A stretch of DNA of 26,199 nt, from positions 1 through 26,199 of the forward strand of contig CAYRQI010000002.1 of the NCBI GenBank assembly GCA_964426425.1, written 5' to 3'. The notes beneath the pieces were generated by a model. It had not been told where the DNA came from and did not search any database. It saw only the letters and a list, made by a program, of their open reading frames with translations. The translations under genes were made by a program, and so were the position numbers. This document shows positions 7,525 through 14,196 of this stretch, in pieces. Position 1 is the stretch's first letter, and each line of letters opens with the position of its first letter. This stretch comes from an uncultured Candidatus Saccharibacteria bacterium. Its GTDB lineage: Bacteria; Patescibacteriota; Minisyncoccia; Phycocordibacterales; UBA2100.

Positions 7525-8616
7525 ATGACGAGCCGCGTGTACAACTTTAGTGCAGGCCCTGCGGTGCTGCCCGAAGAAGTCCTCGCGAAGGCAAAGAGCG
7601 AGCTCATGGATTGGCACGGAAGCGGGATGTCTGTGATGGAGATGAGTCATCGAGGCGAAGAGTTCATCTCTATCGCAAAGGACGCGGAGGCGCGTTTGCG
7701 CGCGCTACACGAGATTCCCGACGATTACCACGTCCTTTTTTTACAGGGCGGCGCGTCGCTCCAATTTTCTGCGATACCCATGAATCTCCTGCGCGGGAAA
7801 AAACGGATGGCCTATATAGAGACCGGCGCATGGTCCGAGAAGGCGATCAAGGCGGCTAAACCTTACGGCGAAGTCAGTGTCGTGGCCTCCAGCAAGGCAG
7901 ACAAATATACAACCGCTCCCGATCTCTCCGATCTCCCGCTCGACGACTCTTTTGCCTATCTCCATTACACACCAAACGAAACTATTAACGGCCTGCGCTT
8001 GTTCGACATCCCCGACAGCAAGGGAGTTCCGCTTGTCGCCGACATGTCGTCGATGATTCTCTCCGAGCCAATCGACGTTTCTCGCTTCGCCCTCATCTAT
8101 GCGGGCTCCCAAAAGAACATTGGTCCTGCAGGCGTAACGATCGTTATCGTAAAAAAGGACTTCTGCGGTTATGCTACTTCCACCCCCCCCGACGTGCTCG
8201 ATTATGCCAAACAGGCGAAAGACGGCTCGATGCTCAACACGCCGCCGTGCTTTTCATGGTACATGGCAGGGCTCGTTTTCGAATGGATCGAGAACAATGG
8301 CGGGGTCGAAGCGATGCATAAGCGCGCCAAAGAACGCGCCAAAGTCTTGTATGATGCGATCGATGCATCAGGCTTCTATCGGAACCCCGTGGAAAAATCG
8401 TGCCGCTCACTCATGAATGTCCCCTTCGTGTTGAAAGATCCGTCGCTCGATAAAAAGTTCCTCACGGAAGCCGACGCGGCAGGCCTGAAAAATCTCGCTG
8501 GTCATCGATCGGTCGGTGGCATGCGCGCTTCCCTCTACAACGCGATGCCGCACAAGGGCGTGGAAGCGCTCGTGTCGTTTATGCGTTCCTTCGAGCAGAA
8601 ATACGGAACCACGTAA
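7525..8616 (+). CDS. serC: Phosphoserine aminotransferase
   Basis: YNFSAGPAVLP, SVMEMSHR, FLQGGASLQF, DMSS, YAGSQKNIGPAG, NTPP and GHRSVGGMRASLYNA motifs. True start taken as 7525, not 7318. Confidence 0.95.
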   Translation: MTSRVYNFSAGPAVLPEEVLAKAKSELMDWHGSGMSVMEMSHRGEEFISIAKDAEARLRALHEIPDDYHVLFLQGGASLQFSAIPMNLLRGKKRMAYIETGAWSEKAIKAAKPYGEVSVVASSKADKYTTAPDLSDLPLDDSFAYLHYTPNETINGLRLFDIPDSKGVPLVADMSSMILSEPIDVSRFALIYAGSQKNIGPAGVTIVIVKKDFCGYATSTPPDVLDYAKQAKDGSMLNTPPCFSWYMAGLVFEWIENNGGVEAMHKRAKERAKVLYDAIDASGFYRNPVEKSCRSLMNVPFVLKDPSLDKKFLTEADAAGLKNLAGHRSVGGMRASLYNAMPHKGVEALVSFMRSFEQKYGTT

Positions 8617-8624
8617 GCTCGACT

Positions 8625-9791
8625 ATGGCGATTGCTATCAAGACGTACAACAGCATTTCCCCCAAGGGCCTCGCCGTTTTTGCCAACGCAGACTACACGG
8701 TGGGTCCGGATGTCGTGGACCCTGCGGCGATACTGCTGCGCTCGCAGAATCTTCACAAAGAGACCATTCCTGTGAGCGTGCTCGCGATAGGCCGCGCGGG
8801 CGCGGGAGTTAACAACATCCCCGTCGACGAGATGAGCAGGCGGGGTATCGTCGTCTTCAATGCGCCGGGCGGCAACGCAAACGCGGTCAAGGAGCTCGTG
8901 CTCGGGGCGCTGATTGCGGCCTCCCGCAACATCGTAGAGGGTGTGACCTACGTGCAGGAACTCAAGAGCGAAGGCGAGGCGCTCACCAAAGAGATTGAAA
9001 CGGGCAAAAAACAATTTACCGGCATCGAACTAGAAGGAAAAACGCTGGGGGTGATCGGTCTCGGCGCGATCGGCGCCGCTGTGTGCAACGCTGCTGCCGC
9101 ACTCGGAATGCGGGTGATCGGATTCGATCCATACGTGACGCCCGAACAGAAGGCAAAACTCTCCCCTTCGATTCGCATCCTTGCCGACAGCAACGAACTA
9201 TTTTCGACGGCGGACGCTATCACCATGCATGTCCCCTATCTGCCCTCGACGCGCAATATGGTGAATGCCGATTCGCTTGCGCGGATGAAAAAGGGCGTTA
9301 TCCTCCTCAACTATTCACGCGATGGCATCGTTGACGATGCCGCGTGCATCGCCGCGATAAAAAGTGGCACGATTCGCCGCTATGTCACCGACTTCCCGAC
9401 TCGCGAGGTCATCGGCGTCTCGGGGATCATCACAACGCCCCACCTCGGCGCTTCGACCGAGGAGGCGGAAGACACGTGTGCTGTCATGGCGGCAAGCGAA
9501 GTGAAGGAATACCTCGAACATGGCACCATCATCAATTCCGTCAACATGCCGAAAGTGTCGCTAGCGCGAGGCGGTGTCGCTCGTATTGCTCTGATCCATG
9601 AGAACATCCCGGATATGCTTGGCGTCATCACGCACGTCTTGGGCGAGCGCGGCATCAATATCGAGGGAGCAAGCAATGGCGCAAAAGATGCGTACGCTTA
9701 CACGCTTCTCAACCTAAACATAAAACCCGACGAACACGTTCTTGCTTCCCTCCGCGCCATAGCGCATGTCATCCGTGTTCGTCGTCTCTAA
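8625..9791 (+). CDS. serA: D-3-phosphoglycerate dehydrogenase with C-terminal ACT domain
   Basis: RAGAGVNNIP, NANAVKEL, GVIGLGAIG Rossmann motif, DF, TPHLGASTEEAE, and ACT-like HENIPDMLG..T..LG..GINI. Directly follows serC. Confidence 0.92.
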   Translation: MAIAIKTYNSISPKGLAVFANADYTVGPDVVDPAAILLRSQNLHKETIPVSVLAIGRAGAGVNNIPVDEMSRRGIVVFNAPGGNANAVKELVLGALIAASRNIVEGVTYVQELKSEGEALTKEIETGKKQFTGIELEGKTLGVIGLGAIGAAVCNAAAALGMRVIGFDPYVTPEQKAKLSPSIRILADSNELFSTADAITMHVPYLPSTRNMVNADSLARMKKGVILLNYSRDGIVDDAACIAAIKSGTIRRYVTDFPTREVIGVSGIITTPHLGASTEEAEDTCAVMAASEVKEYLEHGTIINSVNMPKVSLARGGVARIALIHENIPDMLGVITHVLGERGINIEGASNGAKDAYAYTLLNLNIKPDEHVLASLRAIAHVIRVRRL

Positions 9792-10447
9792 TCCTCGATA
9801 AATTTAAGAAGATCGTTGAAGGATCGCGCGACGGCATCCGCATTTGCGACTACTTTGTCGCGATAGACATGCTCGGTGTAGGCAACGAACGTGTCTGCAG
9901 CGCCTTGCTTCTTGATCTCATAGTCGGTCCAGCCGTCGCCGATTATGACGCGCGGAGATGGGAGGGAGGCGCTTGTGATGGCGACGATCTTTCCACCTTC
10001 TTGCGCCGTGGGACGCTTCGCGATTCCTGTTGCAATACCTCTCTCGTACACAAATGCATTGGCAAATGTGTGAGCAGGGTCCAGCCCGAGTGTCTCGGCT
10101 ACCGGCGCGATGATTTCCTCGAATCCGCCGGAAATAATATGGATGCGCTCCCGGTTCGTCTGCAGGTATGCGCGATGCGCGAGAAATGACGGTGTGATGT
10201 GATGAATCATTTCGCGAGCGATTCGCGCGACACTCTCGCGCGAAGGAGAGATAAGCGCCATGCGGCGCGCAAGCGATTCTCCAAAAGGTATGGCGCCCTC
10301 CATACCGAGCTCCGTGATGCGCTTCACTTTGGCAACAATCTCTTCGCGATCAGATCTTCCGGCAAGAGCGACCTCGGATAGGAGATCGAGAGTTTCGCAA
10401 TCCACCATCGTGCTGTCGAAGTCGAATATGACGGAAGCAAATTTCAT
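9788..10447 (-). CDS. serB: HAD-IB family phosphatase, probable phosphoserine phosphatase
   Basis: FDFDST motif I, ITELGMEG.IPF.ESL..R cap, ISGGF, IGDGWTD. Convergent with serA (4-nt overlap). Confidence 0.8.
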   Translation of the reverse strand: MKFASVIFDFDSTMVDCETLDLLSEVALAGRSDREEIVAKVKRITELGMEGAIPFGESLARRMALISPSRESVARIAREMIHHITPSFLAHRAYLQTNRERIHIISGGFEEIIAPVAETLGLDPAHTFANAFVYERGIATGIAKRPTAQEGGKIVAITSASLPSPRVIIGDGWTDYEIKKQGAADTFVAYTEHVYRDKVVANADAVARSFNDLLKFIED

Positions 10448-10561
10448 ACGGTGGCAGTTCCTAACTTAAATGCTGTCTACCTTATACCTTTTCGGCAGAG
10501 TCGCCTGCCAGCACGGCCCAATTGTACCCTATTCCCGACCGCGCATTTCTATTCCCATACC

Positions 10562-10599
10562 TTACTACTTTCTTGAACCATGGTATGAAAGAGTAGTAA
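10562..10599. repeat. 38-bp imperfect palindrome abutting the stop codon of the PaaX/Cas2-like gene
   Basis: TTACTACTTTCTTGAACCA|TGGTATGAAAGAGTAGTAA; 14/19 arm positions are complementary. Shares TACTCTTTCrTACCATGGT (18/19) with 11213-11250. Confidence 0.8.
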
Positions 10600-11232
10600 T
10601 TAGCGCACCCCGAAATGTTTCTTGAATGCGGCATCATTGCCGATTGACTTTGCTACAACCATTCGAAGTTCCTTCTCCGTTAAATCAAACAAAGATTTCA
10701 AAAGATCAATTTGACTAGAGCAGTCGAACGGATATAGCCAAACACTTTTTTGCACCATGACAGCGCCAAGTCGACTCACAAGCGCACGAAACGCATTGCG
10801 CTTTGAACGCTCCTCTGCAGAAATATCAAACATTATGATGCGCCAGCATTTGTCCCACACTGGAGGAGTTTCCACAGGCTTTAAGAGAGCGCGTTTGATT
10901 CGCAACTGAGTGCCATGCTGCTTGCCCCTTTCTGTAAGTTCTATGCGTATGCCTCTTCCGTCTTTTCTAGTTCTAGTCGTTACGCGGACATATTTTTTCC
11001 GTTTGAGGTATTGAAATGAGTTGTTTAGTCTCTTTCGACGAATGTTGTCGTTGTCCTTCAAAGCATACCCAATTCCTGCAAGAACAGCAAAAAGTGTCGG
11101 AGCGAAAGTGAGCCCTCCCACTATGCCGCCTCCTATCAGTAGCGCCTCGAGCAAACCGCGCGGCGTGTCGTCGAACAGATAATCACGTTTGCCCTTCTTT
11201 GGCGATTGTACGATGTTACTCTTTCGTACCAT
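10600..11232 (-). CDS. PaaX-like protein: N-terminal hydrophobic segment, winged helix, Cas2-like (PaaX central) domain
   Basis: FQYLKRKKYV...IELTERGK wHTH-like segment and WDKCWRIIMFDI...R..FR..V..LG..MVQKSVWLYP domain. Start taken at 11232 (TGTTACACT 8 nt upstream). Confidence 0.85.
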   Translation of the reverse strand: MVRKSNIVQSPKKGKRDYLFDDTPRGLLEALLIGGGIVGGLTFAPTLFAVLAGIGYALKDNDNIRRKRLNNSFQYLKRKKYVRVTTRTRKDGRGIRIELTERGKQHGTQLRIKRALLKPVETPPVWDKCWRIIMFDISAEERSKRNAFRALVSRLGAVMVQKSVWLYPFDCSSQIDLLKSLFDLTEKELRMVVAKSIGNDAAFKKHFGVR

Positions 11233-11250
11233 GGTATAGAAGTGTAACAT
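11213..11250. repeat. 38-bp imperfect palindrome centred on the start codon of the PaaX/Cas2-like gene
   Basis: ATGTTACTCTTTCGTACCA|TGGTATAGAAGTGTAACAT; 15/19 arm positions are complementary. It covers the -10 box and the ATG. Confidence 0.85.
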
Positions 11251-11274
11251 GAGGTATGCTCCGCGGTATCTTCG

Positions 11275-13704
11275 CTAGCGGCGATGCATCTCTTTCTCCA
11301 CCTTTGCGACCATGACCTTCGTCTTGATGATGGAATCGGGATTCAGCGACATACTCTCGATTCCCTGCTCTACCAAAAATTTGGCGAATCCCGGATGGTC
11401 AGAAGGCGCCTGCCCGCAGATACCGACATACTTTTTTCGCTTGCGACACACGCGTATCACCTCGGCAATGAATTTCTTGACAGCCGGGTCGTTCTCATCG
11501 GCGATGCGGTTCACGAGCCCGGAGTCGCGGTCGAGGCCGAGCGTAAGCTGTGTCAAGTCGTTCGAGCCGATTGACATGCCGTCGAAGATATCCAAAAACT
11601 CGTCGGCAAGGATGACGTTACTGGGTATCTCGCACATGACAATGACGGGAGTCTTCTGCCCGGAGCGCGGCTCACCAGGTAGCGACTGCGGATGCAGGCC
11701 CGCTTCGGCCATCGTCGCGAGCACCTTTCTACCCTCTTCGAGGGTGCGACAAAAAGGAACCATGGGGATCGCATTCGTTAAGCCCATGTCTTCTCGCACG
11801 AGATGCAAGGCCTTGCACTCGAGCTCAAAGGCCTCTTTGAACTTGGGATCGTAGTAGCGTGAAGCGCCGCGCCAGCCGAGCATCGGATTTTCCTCATGGG
11901 GTTCGAAGTAATCACCGCCGAGGAGCGATCGGTATTCGTTTGATTTGAAATCGGAAAAACGAACGATGACCTGCTTCGGGTAAAACGCGGTCGCGATCTT
12001 TGCGATGCCGAAGGCGAGATTGTCGACATAGTAGCGCTTCCGATCGCTCCAGCCGCGTACCTTCTTGTCTATCTTTTCTCGCAGAGCGAGCGGGAGTTTC
12101 TTGTAGTGAATGAGCGCGAGCGGGTGCACGCCGACAGAGGAGGCGATGATAAACTCTTCGCGCGCGAGCCCGACACCTTCGTGCGGCAGGAACGATTTCT
12201 CGAACGCTGTATCCGGCGTGGCAAGATTCATCGATATCTTTGTTTTCGTCGCGGGAATCTTCCGCACATCACTCTCCCGCACGTCGAATCGGAGCGCCCC
12301 TTGAAATATGACGCCTTCAGAGGTCGTCGTATCAACCGTGATGACTTGCCCCGTTTTTATCTGTTTTGTCACAGTCTCCGCGCCGACGACCGCGGTCAAG
12401 CCCAACTCTCGCGAAACGATTGCTGCGTGCGAAGTGCGGCCACCCTTGTCGGTCACGATGGCAGCGGCTTTCTTCATCACCGGCTCCCAATCCGGGTCCG
12501 TCATCTCGGTCACCAGAATCTCTCCCGACTGCAATTCTTCCATGTCCTTCACGCTCTCGATGATTCGCGCTTTCCCCACGACGATCTTCGAGCCGACCGA
12601 GAGCCCTTTTGCGAGAATCGTGCCCGGATCGCGGCGCATATACTCCTTTATCTTCGAGCGATCTTTCGAAACCTGCACCGTCTCGGGCCGCGCCTGCAGA
12701 ATGAAGAGCTCGTTGGTCTTCCCGTCGAGGCCCCATTCGATATCCATGGGACTCGGCCTTCCGCGTTTTTTCGAATAGTGCTCTTCGATGGTCTTCGCCC
12801 AGCGCGCGAGGACCATAATCTCGCGACTCGAAAGCGAGAAGCGCCGCCTGTCGGCCTCACTCGTCATAACGACCCGTACGGGCTTCGCGCTCCCGCGTGG
12901 AGCATACACGAGCTTCTCTGCCTTTCCGCCCACACGTTTCCCGATAATGGGAAGGGGCGCTTTGTCTATCATTTTTTTTGCGACGAGAAATTCATCTGGC
13001 ACCACTCTCCCCTGCACGACCATCTCGCCGAGTCCGTAGGAGGACGTAATCAAAATGACGTCGGGAAAACCGCTCTCGGTGTCAAGCGTGAAAATCACAC
13101 CGGAAGCGCCGAGATCGCTCCTGACCATCCGCTGCACGCCCACCGAAAGCGCGATCTCATGCTTGTCGTAACCCTTATCGACGCGATAACTGATGGCACG
13201 ACCCGTAAAGAGCGAGGCGAAGCACGCGCGGATCGCTTTCAACACCTCTCTTTCGCCGCGAACGCCGAGGTAGGTGTCGTGCTCGCCGGCAAAACTGGCG
13301 TCCGGCAGATCTTCGGCCGTCGCCGAGGAGCGCACAGCGACATCAATGTTCGTGCCATACTTCTCTTCCATCTCGCGATAGGCGCGGATGATGCGTTCTT
13401 CAAGCGCACGCGGAAGTGGCGAGGCGACTATTTTCTTTCGTATCGCTGCACCGACTTTTTCAAAGTGCTTCACGTCGCCCTTTCTCAATTTCCGAAGTTC
13501 GTCTTTGATACATTGCTCAAGACCTGCTTCACGCAAAAACAGCCGATAGGCCTCGGCTGTCACGATGAATCCCGAGGGCACGCGGATCCCCCTCTTCCCG
13601 AGTTCCCGGAGCATCTCACCAAGAGAAGCGTTCTTGCCGCCGACGAGCGCGACATCGTTCATCCCAGCTTTTTCCATCGGGATCACGAGTCGTCCCGCCT
13701 TCAT
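11275..13704 (-). CDS. ppsA: Phosphoenolpyruvate synthase (pyruvate, water dikinase)
   Basis: VGGKNASLGEM, VAVRSSATAEDLPDASFAG, DIEW, ILQARPETV, GGRTSHAAIVSRELG phospho-His motif, GVGLAR, EENPMLGWRGASRY, SIGSNDLTQL and GICGQAPSD. Start 13704 (TATACT 6 nt upstream). Confidence 0.97.
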   Translation of the reverse strand: MKAGRLVIPMEKAGMNDVALVGGKNASLGEMLRELGKRGIRVPSGFIVTAEAYRLFLREAGLEQCIKDELRKLRKGDVKHFEKVGAAIRKKIVASPLPRALEERIIRAYREMEEKYGTNIDVAVRSSATAEDLPDASFAGEHDTYLGVRGEREVLKAIRACFASLFTGRAISYRVDKGYDKHEIALSVGVQRMVRSDLGASGVIFTLDTESGFPDVILITSSYGLGEMVVQGRVVPDEFLVAKKMIDKAPLPIIGKRVGGKAEKLVYAPRGSAKPVRVVMTSEADRRRFSLSSREIMVLARWAKTIEEHYSKKRGRPSPMDIEWGLDGKTNELFILQARPETVQVSKDRSKIKEYMRRDPGTILAKGLSVGSKIVVGKARIIESVKDMEELQSGEILVTEMTDPDWEPVMKKAAAIVTDKGGRTSHAAIVSRELGLTAVVGAETVTKQIKTGQVITVDTTTSEGVIFQGALRFDVRESDVRKIPATKTKISMNLATPDTAFEKSFLPHEGVGLAREEFIIASSVGVHPLALIHYKKLPLALREKIDKKVRGWSDRKRYYVDNLAFGIAKIATAFYPKQVIVRFSDFKSNEYRSLLGGDYFEPHEENPMLGWRGASRYYDPKFKEAFELECKALHLVREDMGLTNAIPMVPFCRTLEEGRKVLATMAEAGLHPQSLPGEPRSGQKTPVIVMCEIPSNVILADEFLDIFDGMSIGSNDLTQLTLGLDRDSGLVNRIADENDPAVKKFIAEVIRVCRKRKKYVGICGQAPSDHPGFAKFLVEQGIESMSLNPDSIIKTKVMVAKVEKEMHRR

Positions 13705-13766
13705 TGCGGCAGTATACGAAAGAAAGAGCAAAAATCAAAAATCACATTGCACATGACAAATCTCCC

Positions 13767-13919
13767 AAGCGAGACGGGAGTGTTTCCTCGATGAGGCTTT
13801 GTTCGAGATTCGAGCGACACGAAACAGGCGCTATGAGACGAGCCCCCGCCGGCACAACATTCGCTAAAGTCCGGGGTCGGTGCCGCGAGTCCCGAGGCGG
13901 GGAACACTCCCGCCGAGCG
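13767..13919 (+). repeat. Longer structured element (family B) with the same terminal motifs as family A
   Basis: AAGCGAG-a-CGGGAGTGTTTCC ... GGGAACACTCCCG-c-CGAGCG: a 13-bp outer stem with one G.T pair, plus internal short inverted repeats. Confidence 0.65.
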
Positions 13920-14003
13920 CCCCCTGCCCTTCATGCTGGATTCAGAATCAGCGTGGTGTACTATGATTGGTGGTGTCCCTATTGGTCACGCACCTTCACG
14001 CGT

Positions 14004-14195
14004 ATGACCGAATCACGAACCCCACAGGAGATGGCACATGCGGCTCGAGGCTCGCTTTCTGTCATACGTTTGACGACTGAAACGCTCCTCGAAAAGGGCC
14101 ATGATGAAGAAACGCGGGCTGAACTCGAAACCATCCTGAAGCAGGTCGACCAGCTCGCAGAAATCATGACCGAGCTCTCTCGGACAAGAAGATGA
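14004..14195 (+). CDS. 63-aa stand-alone HisKA/DHp-like protein
   Basis: EMAHAARGSLSVIRLTTETLL...ELETILKQVDQLAEIMTEL resembles the H-box two-helix domain. Ends 1 nt before the kinase ATG. Start taken as 14004, not 13704. Confidence 0.7.
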   Translation: MTESRTPQEMAHAARGSLSVIRLTTETLLEKGHDEETRAELETILKQVDQLAEIMTELSRTRR

Positions 14196-14196
14196 T

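Noticed and set aside
10600-11232. CRISPR-Cas interpretation of the Cas2-like domain
   Set aside because: No repeat-spacer array, cas1 or other cas gene is in the window. The two palindromes are ~610 bp apart and bracket the gene.
12106-13794. 562-aa + strand ORF
   Set aside because: Lies antisense to ppsA and has no recognisable motifs. Long shadow ORFs are expected in GC-rich DNA.
13789-13830. Hammerhead-like words (CGATGAG ... CGAAAC) inside element B
   Set aside because: The core would need CTGAnGA, stem II does not close properly, and there is no room for stem I.
13866-13876. AAAGTCCGGG resembling RNase P RNA
   Set aside because: The GAGGA prefix and the other conserved RNase P regions are absent.
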